Shown in pieces: positions 12,301 to 27,035 of a stretch of DNA of 64,000 nucleotides (its first letter is position 1; each line of letters starts with the position of its first letter). Both the position numbers and the translations under genes were made by a program. This stretch comes from Camelus ferus (lineage: Eukaryota), in contig NC_045697.1 of the NCBI RefSeq assembly GCF_009834535.1, positions 95,296,001-95,360,000 on the forward strand, read 5' to 3'. The notes beneath the pieces were generated by a model. It made no database searches. It was not told the origin of the DNA and was given only the letters and a program-made list of their open reading frames with translations.

Positions 12301-13019
12301 CTGGGAAGAGCACCTAGTAAAAACTTAGTGATCACAAAGAATATCATTTTTAAGCCTAAACAATCTCTAGATAAAAGCAGTACTCATCTTTAATAATGCA
12401 CCAGTTTGAAGTTTGCAATGTGAAAAGCATGGATTGTTCCTAGTCTGTTTCAAAGAACAGGTTTTACATTTTTGACACGTCAGTTGTGTTGGTAGACATC
12501 TAACAACCAATTTCATGAAGCTTTCATGGCTGATAGACTTTTTGTTTTTCTCTTAAACCATTAAGGTGAAAAAACTAAAAATACTTCATGGATCAAAGCC
12601 AATTAATTGTACCCTAGGACAGGGTATTTTTACCTGAATAGTCAAACTCAAGAAGATTTAATGTGAATTCTTTTTGTCCTTAAAGAGGCACATCTTAAAT
12701 GTAAAACCTTTTAGGAGACAACGGGAACACTCCTACAAGATAATTGATTCATTTTCCTAAATGCTTGTACTTTCCTTTTTTATTTATTTGAGGGGAGTAC
12801 ACACAAGGTAACATAATTTTGACATCTTTAAGAAGACTTGATTGAGTGCCTCTAACAGGCAATGTAAAAATATATATATATTTGAAAATCAAACAACAAC
12901 TAACAATAAATACACTGACCCATCATTAAAGTTTTGTTCTAATGGAGTGGGGATACATTTAAATAAGCAATTAAATAAATTTCAAATAAATGTAAATATC
13001 CATGCTAAGTTTACTGGGA

Positions 13020-13365
13020 AAACATGGATGGAAACATAGAGAAGAGGCACAACAAGGATTTTCAGGGCAGTGAAACTCATCTGTACGAGACTGTGATGGT
13101 GGATGTATGTTATCTTACATTTGTCAAAGCACAGAGAACATGTAATATCAAGACTGAACCCTAATGTAGACTATGGACTTTACGTGATGATATGTGAATG
13201 CAGACCCATTCTTTGTAACAGATACACCATTCTGGTGCAGGATGTCAATAGTGAGAGAGAGTGTGCATGCTTGGGAACAGGAGGTAAAGATAACTCTGAA
13301 TTTTCACTCATTTTTACTCTAAACCTAAACTTGTTCTTAAAATACAGTTTGTTTTAGAAAACAAA
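13020..13365 (+). mobile_element. L1MC-type 3' UTR fragment
   Basis: 'ggattttcagggcagtgaaact...ctgaaccctaatgtagactatggacttt...accattctggtgcaggatgtcaatagtg'. Visibly homologous to 5740-6050 and 25510-25810. Confidence 0.85.
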
Positions 13366-16300
13366 AACTCTATGTCAAGGTGTATGTTTAGTATTCACAG
13401 TGGACAATTAGAAATCTTTATTATCTATTTTTATATAAAGAGCACAAATTCCTCCAAACCTACTGCAAAGAAAAAATATGTATCCTTAAATTTTTAACAC
13501 CCCACCTACCAACCAACCTCATAAGCCTTCTTGGTTGTTTGTCTTTCTAACATTATAATATCACGGTATTACGATACAAATATTCTTCCAATAGGAAGAA
13601 AATATCTTACTAGACACATGATTTATCTAATTTTTAGACCCATTAATCTTGTTCTACTTCTTGTCCACAAATTACAATGTAATCAAAGGCCATTTTTTAA
13701 ATTAGTAGATTAGTTGACAAGAGAGCTTGACAAAATAAGTGAGGCCACTGGGTATTGTTTCCAGAAACAGGAGAAGAATCTTTTTCTTCCTTTGTTTAGT
13801 TTTGTCACTTTTAATGCCAAAATAATAGAATATCTTCCTTGTCATTCATGCTAGTTTCAACTCCTTGGTTAAGAGAGAGATCTGACTAAGTAGTCATAAT
13901 TCTCCAGCTGTATTGAATCTTAGCTTTCTATGGAAAAAAACAATCTAACATCAAATATAAGAACGCTTCTCTTTACCGTATCTCCAAATAAAAATTCTGT
14001 TCATTCATTTAATTCCTGACCATTTTTTACCATTGAGTATAAGTACTGCACATTTCAAGTCCTACAGATATTCTAAGACAGATACGGTCTGTACCAGAGA
14101 TGCGTACTATGTTATGGGCACCAAGTAATTAGAATGGCTATTCAACCAATCAAAGCAAATTTTGCCTGGTATGCTTTATAGTTCTTCCAGTAATGAGTTT
14201 ACAGGGCAACAGGGGAAGAGAGAAATACATAAATGGCTATACTATAAGACAAAACCTTGCAATGTACAAATAATACCATATGCAAAAATAAGCAGGCAGC
14301 AGAGAAGGCAGTTTGGAAAATTTTAGAGAAAAAACAGCACTTGAGCTGAAAGTGAAAAAAAAAAAAAGGAAAGAAAAATGCTTTAAGAAAACAACACAAA
14401 TGTTAAACATTTGTGGTTTTTATATATTAAGGACAGAAATAAACTTCTATATATAGCCTGAAAATTGCTGGTTATTGGGCATATTAAAAAAAAAAACAGT
14501 GAAGAAACATACTAGCCTGTTAGAAATGTACATTAAGAACTCAGCTAATTGCCCTGTAGCAATTCAGGCTCAATATTTCTAAAATGTTTTAAATATATAG
14601 TTTCAAGGAAAGATTATTTACATACATACATAGACTGTATTCTCATAATAAATACATTGATCAGAATTGATTAGTTAAGGCTACCATGTTTAACACAATG
14701 ACATTGTTTATTTCACTCTCTCAAAATCTGCTCTGACCCTGATGGACCATGAGGAGAATTCAGTGATCCTGTAGGCGTCTCTCATGTGATCCCATCATTT
14801 CAACAAGTGGGTTACTGGAAGTGGTGACAAGGAGGAGAGGTGAAAAGCCATGCAGGGTTTGTAAGGGGGCTGGTAAGTGTGCTTAGGAAGGAGAAGGGAA
14901 CCAAGTGTTGGTGATGACTAGTAATGTCGACCCCAGAAACACATTATCACATCTTCCTTGACAAGTACACATGGAGAGTGAGCATATCTGTAATCAAATG
15001 TGTGGAAGATTGGAGAGTTCATGATTGAACAAACCACTGACAGCAATGTGCACACTCACCTAAAAGTATCAGATTATAAAAGTGCCAGGTACATAGCAGT
15101 GGAATCCCTCAGGATGTGCAAAGATAGGAGTCCTTGAAGCACACTTGAAGCTTAGTGCTCTTTGGCATCAAAATGGAGTCATACAGAGGATATATTTATT
15201 GTATTACAAGTGAGAGCTTTGTGTTCATATTTCTAGCTCTGCCATTAAGTCTTTTTGTGATTCTGGGAAAAAAAAATCACTTTATTTTTCTGGATCAAGT
15301 TTTTTAGCCTAAAGAACTCTCCATAAAAGGATCACCAGAGTTTTTGTATCTCAAACCTACTAATTTTGCATGACATGATTATATTTCATGTAAATATATG
15401 AAATATATGAAATCACACCAAAGTGGTAATTATACAAATAACTTTATTGTGACAAATATGAAACATTTTTCTTCAAGCTTTCCCTCTAATCTTTCTTATG
15501 AGAATTTTTTTTTCAATAGTGAAAGCACTTTATAAGGAGATCCTTCTTATACTGTGAAAATTAAGTCAAGCTAGAGTTCGATCCTGGAAGAAACAACTTT
15601 GTTCAAAATAGAGTATTTGGTATAAAAAATATAACAATGTGGATGTTTCAGTAGTTACTCTTGGGTATTTATATACATAAGGAAATCATTGGTAATCTTT
15701 AGAAAGCATTTCTAAAGGCATGCTAATTTATTGTAGTGTTTATTGTAAGTTCTTAAAATATTTTAAAATCTTCATAAGAAATCTTTTTTCACACGTGCTA
15801 AATAATATGTTGTTAGTAATGCATCGCTTACCAGTACATTTCTTTTCAATGCAGCATTGCAGACTCAGAAAGCTCATTTCATATACCACATGTATTTTTT
15901 CAGACTAAGTATAGAAAAGAAAAGACATGCTAAAAGATACAACCTTTTTTATGTTAGGGGGAGAAACAAGCCTTCGAACCTAAAATGACACCTAATAAAT
16001 GATATTATTTATAGAAGCTAGAATATGAGAGGAAATGGCAGGAGATGTCAGGATTGATTGAAACACTCAACCTTGACAGCTCTGAGATTTGCAGGTTGAA
16101 TGCCTGCCACAATTTGTGAATGATCCTCTGTATTCTTAAACTGCTTGGTTTTGCTAGCATTGTGATAGAAATGGATGAGAAAAACCAAGAAACTATAAGC
16201 CACATACTAGGTTCATTTCATTCTTAATATTTATCCTAAATATGTTATTCTGTGATTTTAAAGTCTGGAAAAGTGTATATTGATATTGACTAGAATTTTC

Positions 16301-16910
16301 ACCTTTAGTGACATGTTAAATGTTACATATGTAACATGTCTTCAGGTTACACATTAATCATTTCTAAATGTAAACACCTTCAAAGAATTTTTTTTCTACT
16401 GAGATGCTCACTTCTAACTTAAGTGCTCTTTACATGAATATATATTCTTTTATTAAATGTATTTATGTACCTGCGATTACTCATTTACTTGGATATTGTG
16501 TGTGTGTGTGTGCATAATAGTTAAATATTCACATGACATATGGTAGTGAGGAATTTGTGGCAGTTTTATTAAATAGGATTTGCTGAATTACAGAATGCTC
16601 TAAATAACCAGCCAAGAAAATAGTAAATGAATATTGCCAAAAGAAAATGCACAGAAGACAGTTAGGCTCTCTTGGCTAATAAAGGGTAACAAGGGCTAAT
16701 TAAACCTTGCCAGTGGGGATGTTCGCAAGAGTCAAAGTAAAATTAGAACAGAAATAAAATTATCTGATTTTAGTTAAATCAAACAAGATAAATGGTAAAC
16801 CAGGGACACTCTTCCACTGATGTAGAGAGATTCATTTAAGTCTAGCAAAATCCAAATACCTGCATCCCTACCCAGCATTTACATTCTTTAAACACAAACA
16901 CACACATGTG

Positions 16911-16938
<28 letters not shown>
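16911..16938. repeat. (CA)14 microsatellite
   Basis: Directly counted perfect CA run, with an imperfect CA stretch immediately 5' (16892-16906). Confidence 0.95.
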
Positions 16939-16941
<3 letters not shown>

Positions 16942-18224
16942 TTACAGTATCTCAATCACAGAAAGATCTAATTATACTTATTTTAGTTAAAATACTGTTC
17001 TAGAATATACAACTCTACTCAGAATTATTTGAATTTAATTGTAATTTTCTCATTAAATAATACTAAAAATTACAGATTCCAAGGGACTGAACATCTTAAC
17101 TATGTTTTTTTCTTATTGCAAATATTAAGACCAGATGATGACTTTGTAAAAAATCAGACGTTTTGTTGAAGAAAATCGATAAATTACAAATCCCTAAACA
17201 ATTCTCCCTAAAGAAATGATAACTCCAGAGGAAACGAACAAAAGATTTAGCATTTAACTGTGGATGACAAACAACAGCATTCTTCTTTCTACACAGTTGT
17301 TTTCCAGAATGGGGACGAAGTTGAATGTTGACTTAAAAATGTAATTTCATGAAAATACAGTGACTTATCACATTGGGACATAAAAAATTGTGTTCAAATA
17401 CATATATTTAATTTTTTAAATAAATGTTAATAAATCAGCCAATGTCATTTAAATTACATCAAGTTTAACAATTCTGAGAAATAGAATTGTTACCACCACC
17501 ACCAAAAAATGCTCAAGAATATAATTCACCTCTTCTACTAAAATAAGACATGGGGAGAAAAAACTGATAAGCTGGCAAAGAAAAAATGCTTAAGGACTTT
17601 TCTTTAGGGATAATCTACCCTTTCTACTTTCATGGAGTATACATCATTTCTTTGGTATCTGTTCATCACCCCATTTTCATGTAACTACAGTTCTATTACC
17701 CCAGTCACTGCCAACCCACCCACCCCAATTTTGGTGGCCTTCCTTAATTGTGATTTTTGCCATTTTATTCTATTCTCTATCACACCCAAATGTCACCACA
17801 GGGCTTGTGTAACTCAGTGATTACAGCTCTATAGCCAATTACAGTATTTGCCAAATAACAAACTCTCAACTGTCTTTTGAATAAATGGAAAAAGTAATGT
17901 ATGAATGTGATTCCTCCAGATTGTATAGTATTTGTTGGAAACAATTTATGAGCAAAATTCTTTATACAAAAGTAATATTTGTGTATTTCTGAGTAATCTA
18001 AAAAAATAGCCAAATTGCTGGTATAATCTGTCAGAGAGGTAAAGAAAAAACAAGAAATCACATGAGAGGGAGTTAGCTAAAAGTAACATGCAGAACATAT
18101 CTAGAAACACCTTTGCGATAAGCAAAAGATTACCTTTTTGTTTTACATAAGAGTTAAATTCAGTTTTTTTTAATTGACCTAAATATGGAAGAATAATGTT
18201 ATATGAAAGAACATATTATTTGTA

Positions 18225-18720
18225 GCCAGTTGACCTGATTTTGAGTATCAGACTTGCTCTTCTGTTGCTGTGTGACCATAGGGAAGGTAAGTACACTCTG
18301 AAGCTCAGTTACCTTGGTGGGCAAACGGGTGTCTAATGAGTAATGTTTTTAAAGAGAAAGCACCCTAACACAGAGCTCACATTTAGAATGCACTTGGCAA
18401 GATTTGGTCTCCCTATTACGTTGTCAAATCCTGCTTTCCCTCAGAAAATAATTCATATATTTATTTAAATTTTAAAGTCAAATGTGAGGTAAAATTACAA
18501 CCCATAGAGGACTAGGCAAAGACATGAGATTTAGTGACACTTCTTTCACTTGACAGTGTGCACTACTCAGAAAATATTTTAAAGCTCTAGCCTCAATTTC
18601 ATTTAAATTAAGGACGAAAATATGCAACTACCTACCTCACAAGGATGCTCTGAGGATCAAGTTAGAAAAGAGATGTGAATGGCTTGTAAATTATCTTATT
18701 ATTCAGTACAAATTAGGGTA
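18225..18720 (+). mobile_element. Two adjacent MIR relics
   Basis: 'gctgtgtgaccatagggaagg...ctctgaagctcagtt' (~18270-18310) and 'ctctagcctcaatttcattt...ctacctacctcacaaggatgctctgaggatcaagttag' (~18585-18665). Confidence 0.6.
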
Positions 18721-20501
18721 AACTGAAGGCATGACTCAATATAAAACTAAATAAAAGTGAAAGAAAAATGGAAGAATAAGACTTTACTAGATGATCTTTC
18801 TATTAAAATTTGTCATACCACTCATTTTTATCAAACTAGTATTTACGTGTAACAACAAGCACCTTTTTAAATCTATAAAAATCATATAAAGGATTCAACC
18901 AGACAATAAATTGAACATGCACATTATTCTGTAACTAGAAGAGTAGAGATATAAGTGTAGGCATTTGAGGCACAACAGTTGTGAAGATTTCTACATGAGC
19001 AAAGAAGGAAGTTTTGAGCATCTCGCTATTAAGACAAAGACTTAAAGTAAGAGGTAGAGGAAAAAGTTGAAGTGAGGTACAGAAATTAGAAATCTCCTAA
19101 TAGCTGCTAGTCCCAGGCCCACAAAGAGAAGTTGACTTGCGAGTCCTTGGCTAAAGTCTCAAGATCTTTATCCAACACAGGAAGTACTCTAAAAAAAATC
19201 AGTAGCACTTTGGGATGGGGTTTGAGGGCAGGAGTGCAGCAGGTGAATAGGTGGAACATGGCATTGGGGATGGCAGAGAACTCTTGAGACAGGAATGCCT
19301 TTTTGGTGAGCAATGCCTCTCTGTGGAAGGCCCTCCATTACTGACGAGGAATGGGAGAGGTAGAATGTAGCTTCAAGGAAGAAATAGCAGAAAGCATCAT
19401 CTAATGGGTGAACTACAGGGAAACTGAGGAGCTATATGTATATGTAGCTACATTTTCACAGGAAAGGGGTGTCAAATTTCACATACATAGAAATGTTCAT
19501 GTGAAAAGGAAAAGTATCATTAAATATAGAAGGAATATGCTACTTTTTATTAAAATATTAAAATATGGAAGAATTAGAATATTCTCATTATAATTATTTT
19601 CATCATGGGTTATGCATCTTTAACAAGTCTCTATAGAGGTTGATCAGCTTTTCATCATCTTGTTTTGTTGCCATTTTTCTTTTGTTGTGAATTTGCATTA
19701 CAGCAAATTATTCAGAAGATAGCAACTTCATTACATCTGTATTAAGGAAATTAGCCAAATAGCTGAGGTGAATTTTGCCATGGAGATAGAAGCTCTCTTA
19801 ATCTCTAAATATATAAAATCTCTCATTTATTTAATTCTTTCAATAATTGCTAAAGTTATTACTTATTAATTCACTTTATTAAAGACACTGAAACCTTAAA
19901 ATTACTCAAGACTTTAAGACCATTGAAATCCCAATTTATTAGGAATGATAGAAAAAATGAGGAAAAATTTGAACATCTTCTTCAAAAACATTAATTTTGT
20001 AACATCATTCTTTTATTTCCCCGAATAAACTTTTATTTTCTTGAAGAATTCTTAATCATAAAGTTTTTATGCAACTTTAAATGCAGATATTTTTATACAA
20101 TGTTAACAAAAAGAATCTATTAATTATTTCTAGTCACACATGCACAACTGGAGTTATTTTTTATGAAGATGATTTTTTTAAATATTAATAACTTTAAAAT
20201 CAAAGTACAGATGTTTATATAAATAGGTACTCATCTGAGAAAATCATTAGCCCTTTTAACCAAAATGAAAACAAATATTGATAGATCATGGTTTAAGGAA
20301 TAGATTTTTATCACTATTATTTTAGTAGGGATAAATCAGAATAATAGGCAACAAAAAAAAAAACTCATCTGTAAGCAAAGTTGTAATTTCTTTTAAATTA
20401 TTTTTCTTAATAAATGCCAAATTTCTCCATCGACAAGTAAATCTATACTGCAAATAACTGGCATACGAAATGTAGTACTTATTTAAGTTATACAAGTCTT
20501 G

Positions 20502-21448
20502 CAAAGATACATTTTTTAAAAATGGAAGTATATTTGATTTACAAAATTGTGTTAGTTTCTGGTATACAGCATAGTGATTCAGCTATACATATATATTATT
20601 TTTCATTAAAAATTATTACAATATATTGAATATATATTCCTGTGTTATACAGTAAGACTTTGTTGTTTATCTAATTTATGTATATAATAGTATTTAATTG
20701 CTAATCCCAAACTCCTAATTTATCCTTCCCCCACCCTTTCCCCTTTGGTAACCATGAATTTGTTGTCTATGTCGGTGAGTCTGTTTCTGATTTGTAAATA
20801 AATTCATTTGTATGATTTTTTAGATTCCACATATAAGTGAAATCGTATAATACTTGTCTTTCTCTTTCTGACTTACTTCATTTAGTATGATAATCTAGGT
20901 TCATCCATGTTACTTCTGCAAATGGCATTATTTAATTCCATTTTTATGGCTGAGTAGTATTTCATTATATATATATATGAAATATATATATATAAAGCCA
21001 CAACTTCTTTATCCAATCATGTCTTAGTGAACATTTATTTATGTTGTTTATATGTCTTGGCTATTGTAAATAGTACTTCTATGAACATTGGGGTGCATGT
21101 ATCTTTTCAAATTGGAGTTTCCTCCAGATATGCCCAGGAGTGGGATTGCTGGATCATATGGTAAGTCTATTTTTAGTTTTTTTAGGGAATCTCCATACTG
21201 TTTTCCATAATAGCTGTACCAAATTACATTCCCACCAACAGTGTAGGAGGGTTCCCTTTACTCCACAGCCTCTCCAGCATTTATCATTTGTGGACTTTTG
21301 AATGATGGCCATTCTGACCAGTGTGAGGTGATACCTCATTGTAGTTTTAATTTGCATTTCTCTGATTATTAGTAATATTGGGCATCTTTTCATGTGCCTA
21401 TTGGCCATCTGTATGTCTTCGTTGGAGAAAAAGTCCAAAGATACATTT
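20502..21448 (-). mobile_element. Lineage-specific L1, 5'-truncated, with 13-bp TSD
   Basis: Minus ORF 21154-21438 is the L1 ORF2 C-terminus ([16 protein letters not shown]...[15 protein letters not shown]...[16 protein letters not shown]). Perfect direct repeat CAAAGATACATTT at 20502-20514 and 21436-21448. Confidence 0.95.
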
Positions 21449-21634
21449 CATATTAACCCAAAAGACTAACATTAGTAATCTTCTACATTACGTATTAGCC
21501 TTAAAAGTCAAACTCAAAAAAGAAACACAGTTACTATGAAAATAAAGAGGACAAGTGGGCTTTCATCGTAATGCCTTCTGTATCCAGTGGCAAGTAGAAA
21601 ATTCAATTATCCTGTCTTTATTCCTAAGATTTTA

Positions 21635-21930
21635 CAAACTCATTGAGGAGTCTGACTCCAGTTTTTGATGTCTGACTGCTGACAACTTTAAGCCTTATCC
21701 CTCCCTCTTCTTCTTATGTACCACATCTGATCAGGGTGATAAAAATTCCTGGGTGCGCCTTCTTCTAGCACAAGTTATGTATTCAAATCATACAAGCCCC
21801 TTCCTGTATGAGCCCTTATGCTGGGCATATCCTCTGTACAAGTAAAATCCGGCCCACTGTCCTTTGCTTTTTTTAATCATTTTGGACCTCCTTGAGAGAC
21901 TTGCCCTGTTCCGTCAGAGACCTCAGTTAT
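21635..21930 (+). mobile_element. ERVL-class LTR fragment (MER21/MER68/MER77 group, subfamily uncertain)
   Basis: 'tctgactccagtttttgatgtctgactgctgacaactttaagcc...ccacatctg...gataaaaattcctgggtgcgcct' resembles recalled ERVL LTR text. Confidence 0.5.
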
Positions 21931-22019
21931 ACTTACCACATTAATTTGTTTTTAGAATATGAATTGTAGTAGAAAGTGGAGACTAAAAATGTAATTAAGA
22001 ATGATATTAATTCTCAAAT

Positions 22020-22445
22020 AGTCAATAGTCTGTTGAGGTCTGTTAGGTCAATGGTAGGTGATTATACAATTAAAATAGAGATCAAAATTCTATAGTGGGA
22101 GAAGCAGAAAGTTCCTAAATGTGAGAAAAAAAAGTAGAAATAAAGGGATCTTTAAGGTTAGAGAAGATTTCCTGGATGAATAACTTAAGTTCTAAAGGCT
22201 TAATAAGAGCCAGCCATATAAAGAAATACTGTAGTATCATTGCAGGAAAGATGGAATATTAAGGAAAAATATGGAGGCTTTATTTGGAAGAGCAAATTCT
22301 AGATTCTGTTAATTGCAAGTAATTTATCATGGCTAGAAAGTATATCTTAAAGTAAAGAACGGTGATAGATGAGGCCATTTCACAGGGGCCAAACTGAGCG
22401 ATCTTGTAAGGTCATCTTTTGAGTTTAGATTTTATGACTGTTCTT
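22020..22445 (-). mobile_element. L2 relic
   Basis: 'agagaagatttcctggatgaataacttaagttctaaagg...gatagatgaggcc...ggggccaaactgagcgatcttgtaaggtcat...gagtttagattttat' matches antisense L2 layout. Confidence 0.6.
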
Positions 22446-22899
22446 ATATTCATTATTCCATAAACTAAACAATAGTGACTCCATCACACTCTACATTCTC
22501 TACAGTACCCAAAACATTTTTAGTAGTTATGTTGCCTATATTTCAAAAGAAAATATATGACTAGCTAAATTTTTACTCAATGTGTCACAACTAAAAATAA
22601 TAATATTAATAATTATCGGCAGCCAATTAGAGCAATTCAGATAAGATTTATGGTTGTGCACATTCAAATATGTTTTGTTGTTACCTATAACTGCTATCTT
22701 AATCTGCAAAATGGACTCAGCATAGTTTTTTCCCATTCCTTAGTCAAAAGGAACAGAGTAATTTTGGTATATTATTTCCTTATATATATCCTTATATATA
22801 TCATTTCCTTACCAATATCTGGGTCTCTTCTCCTTCTAATTATATACCTTCTTTGTAGTTAAATCCCAGCCGTATCACTTGCTGTGTTCAATGATATGG

Positions 22900-23152
22900 A
22901 GGTAGGAGTGATATGGTTCTTTTTCAATATGTGCCTTTTCCTAGTGAGCAGACCTAGGTGGTTATAAATTACAGCTGGTGTCACTAATGGATGGTGTAGC
23001 CTCCCTCCATCTAATTGCTGACTTGCTGCAATATGGATGGTTGACCAGAAGAGCCACAGAAGGCATATAACAAGTTAGAAACACTCATTAAATCACTGAG
23101 ATTTCAGTGTTAAACCGATGAGACTTCACAGTTTGTTATATTAGCATAACTT
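22900..23152 (+). mobile_element. Old MLT1-type LTR fragment
   Basis: Terminus 'ttaaaccgatgagacttcacagtttgttatattagcataac' resembles the MLT1 3' end. Confidence 0.45.
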
Positions 23153-23639
23153 GCAATTTGTGAAAATATCTACTTATAATGGATTAAATTTAATAACTAG
23201 CAATAAGGAAACAAATAATGATGAAGACATGATGTTAATACTGGTGATAATATCTTCTGAGATTTATACATATGACCACTCAAATAATTTATTCATAATT
23301 TCAAGAAACATTTAGTTCATTTCTACTATATGTAAGCACTGTTTTTAGACTATATCACTTGTTGAAGTCTCTATGGTAAACAATAAGGGGAAATATTTCC
23401 CTCTAGGTTGTTATAATCTATTTCATGACGGATTTTTAATCTCTTAAGAGATTTAAAAATACCTGCAGTATTTAAAAAAATAGGAAATATTTATACTCAC
23501 ACTATTAGGTAAAAGTAAATTATCTACACATACCAAACTTCTGAACCTACCCCTTTAGAAATGATTGATTGTAGTAAATGGGTCTAACTATTGGATACCT
23601 CTCCCTCTCCAGTCACCCTCTTAGTCATCCTCCTATTTG

Positions 23640-23970
23640 GATGTAAATTTTTGATGCAAATTTTATTTAAATTAGATGATAATATATAAAACATTATGAG
23701 TCATTTTTCCTAATTATCTGCATACATAGATCCCCTCACTTCAGGTGTCAGTTTAAATGGCACTTCTTTATAATGACCTACTTTTAGCACCTTTTTTTTT
23801 TTTCTTCACACTAATAACTGACATATTACATTTGATTTTTAAATGTATGTTTACTATCTGTCTCTTCCACTTGAATGTAAACTCTGTGAAGGTATGTAGT
23901 TTTGTGGAATCACATCTCCATCTCTAGTTCAGTCCTTGGCAGGTAGTATTTATTGAGTGAATTAATAAAC
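23640..23970 (+). mobile_element. L2 3' end relic
   Basis: 'tatctgtctcttccacttgaatgtaaactctgtgaaggt...tccatctctagttcagtccttggcaggtagtatttattgagtgaattaat'. Confidence 0.7.
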
Positions 23971-24984
23971 AAAAGAATGATAATTATCTTTAGTGAATAT
24001 TTTCTGAGCCTTTGTTTTGAAGGTTAGAATTATATCATCCTCACCTTCAGTGACTAACATTGTAAATCCACAGGATATATTTTTCTTCCTTTTCAAACAT
24101 AAGAATAAATTAGAAGTGAAATATATAAAGATTTTGATAGCTAACACATCTCAATAAGTATCACAAAATGTTTCTTTTCAATATTCTATAGTTCATATGA
24201 GTAGCAAGATAAAAGTGGGTAAATTGAGCTTTTTTTCCACCAAGAACTTTGCAACCCTAAATCAAATAAAAGTAGTGTATTTCTGTGTAGTTTAAAAACA
24301 CAGCTGGAACTGTTTACTCTCTAGACAAGTTTTGATTACAGATAGTAGATTTTGCTTTTCTTTTTCAATCTCCTAAATAAAGCAGAGGAGTGACATTATG
24401 AAGTGAGTCAGGGAAATGAATAGGAGCAGAGAGAAATAATATCACTGATGTGACATTAGTTAACTTTCTATAAATTAATAAATATAAATATAAATTAGTT
24501 GGATCAACTTGAATGAGATAAAAATTGAATATTTAATCATTTCTCCTGCTTCTTCAATTTTCTATTCATTAGTTGCATGGATGAATATAACTTTAGGAGG
24601 GAAATGAATTATCTGCCATTTAAGCCTTTTGGTTTGAATGCAGTAGCAGCATACTTAGTTACCAAAGGTCTAATGTGTCCACTTTACAGATACTTGAGGA
24701 ACTAGAAAAAGTATACAATTCTCTCAGCTGTTTTTGTGTAGAATTAGGAAATCTAGACCAAAGTAACTCAAGTAGAGCAACAGTAGTTCTGGTATAATAT
24801 TTAGCATAGTCAATCATTTCCTCATCAGTTTTCCATTTTGTCTAGAACACCCTACCCTAATGAATCATGATCTCTATTTGTCTTAATATGTATGTTCTCT
24901 CCAGTCCATTCATCATTAGTTATAATTTATTTCTTCTATCCAAAACTTTTACTTACTCATGGATTCTCCTTTTATGAATCTGGA

Positions 24985-25820
24985 GCACTGACATCAAACT
25001 CAGGAGAGGATGAAGAACAACAGCAACTCTCATTCGTTGCTGTGGAAGTGTAAAATGGTACCCTCATTTTGGATTCACTTGGCAGTATTTCACAAAACTA
25101 GACATACTCTTACTATATGATCAACAGCAATCACATTCTTTGGTATTTGCCCAAAGGAGTTGAAAGCTTATGTCCACACCAACCTGCACGTGGATATTCA
25201 TAGCATCTTTCTTCATAATGGACAAAACTTAGAAGTCATATTCTTCAATAGGTGAATAAATAAACATATTGTGACACATCCAGATAATAGAATATTATTC
25301 AGCACTGAAAAGAAGTGAGCTATTAAGCCAAGAAAAGACATGGAGGAAACTTACATGTGCACTACTAAGTGAAAAAAGCTAATGTGAATAAGCTTCCTAC
25401 TATATATTTCCAACTATTTGACATTCCAGAAAAGGTAAAACTATGATTTTATAGATAGTAAAAAAAAAGATCAGTAGTTGTCAAGGGATGCATAGGGGGA
25501 GACGGAGGATATATAGAGCAATGAAAATACTCTGTATAATTTGGTAATGGTAATTCTAGATATATGTCATTGGTAAATTTGTCCAAACCTAGAGAATCTG
25601 CTACATCCATAGCGAATTCAAAAGTAAACTATGGACTTTGGGTGTTTCTGACGTGTCAGTATAGGTTCATCAGTTGTGAGAAACATATCCTCTGGTGAGG
25701 AGTGTTGATAATGAGGGAAGCTATGCATGTAGACGGGCATAGAATATATGGATTATCTCTGTAACTTCCATTCAGTTTTGCTGTGAATCTAAAACTGCTC
25801 TAAAAATTAAAGTTAAAAAT
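24985..25820 (+). mobile_element. L1MC1-like LINE-1 3' fragment
   Basis: 'cagcaactctcattcgttgctg...ttggtatttgcccaaaggagttgaaagcttatgtccacac...aaagacatggaggaaactta...gttttgctgtgaatctaaaactgctctaaaaa'. Homologous to 5290-6050. Confidence 0.9.
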
Positions 25821-26299
25821 GAAATCTAGAACAATGCAAATAAAATTATGATAATTTTCTTACAAATGTCTAAGTAGTCAGAAGCTAAACATGGATAGAT
25901 GCAATCTTTATTTTGCAAAATTACAATAGAGTCTATTATATTTTCTCTCAAGGATAGCATTTCCACAGCTAAAGTGAGTCTTGAACAGGCATTAACGTTG
26001 AGCTAGCTGAAATTTCGGAGGCTATATATTATTGTATTGGAAATAAATGTGTGTATTTTAAGTTGTGTGAAGGAGAATTTTTTTTATATAATGAAAAATG
26101 GTGCATTAAGAACAATTTGAACTTCAAATATCTTGAGTTTTTTTTAATTTTAAGAAAATGCTACACAATTTTGACATAAATGGCTGACATCATTAGAGTG
26201 AAAATCTATGTAGAATGTAAAGCTGTTTTATTCTGTATTAGATATTTGTCCGGATCACTCTCTTCTCATTTTTTTTCCTACACATTACATATTTTTACT

Positions 26300-26450
26300 T
26301 CACTTTCTGTTGTTGTGACCATAGGCAAGTTACAAAACCTATCTTGGCTTTGGATTCTTCATCTATAAAATCGGGAGGTAATGATTGCAATGCTCTTAGA
26401 GCAGTACCTGGAAAATATTAGGGTCTCAATCAATGTTATTGTTGTTAATG
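26300..26450 (+). mobile_element. MIR SINE relic
   Basis: Core 'tgtgaccataggcaagttacaaaacctatc...ttcttcatctataaaatcggg' and tail 'ctcaatcaatgttatt'. Confidence 0.7.
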
Positions 26451-26589
26451 GTGTTATTATTATTATTATGGTCTTTGCTTCTGGATTATGGTAAGACTAG
26501 AATCTATGTTTTAAAGAATGCTTAAATCACACATAGAAAATATTCAACATTCAAATAAATAATGAAAAAAGTAAGAAAATTTCAAAAAG

Positions 26590-27035
26590 CCTGTTAGAAT
26601 CTCTACAGGAAACACAGGGTGCTTAGACTGGGCTATTTCAGAAGAGCTAATGGAGAGAATGCTGAACAAAGGAGCAGGCAGTGTGTAGAGAACCCCTAGT
26701 AAGAGGTTTCTATATCTAGGCCTAAAGAGTCCAAGGAAAAAGCGGTTACTGGAGCTCAGGGGGAGGGAGAGTGTGTGGAGAGGCTACTTGACAGGAACTG
26801 TAATTTTACTCACACAGCAGAGTACATACAGTCCACAGTGAGCCCAAAGAGAGGAAGATGGGGAGGAAATAATCAGACTCATTCACATCCCTGCCTCTGA
26901 TTTCCTGTTAGTGTTCCTTATTGACTGAATCCAAAATTTACCCGAAATACAATTGAACGCTCAGTTTTCTGGAACCAACAACAGGAGGAGAGTTTTGAGC
27001 TGATCTTAAGAGACTAATAGATGTTATCCAGTGCC
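26590..27035 (-). mobile_element. LTR41-like ERVL solo LTR
   Basis: 'ctaggcctaaag...agcggttactggagctcag...tgtgtggagaggctacttgacaggaactgt...ctctgatttcctgttagtgttccttattgactgaatcc...atccagtgc' follows the reverse of recalled LTR41 consensus. Confidence 0.7.
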
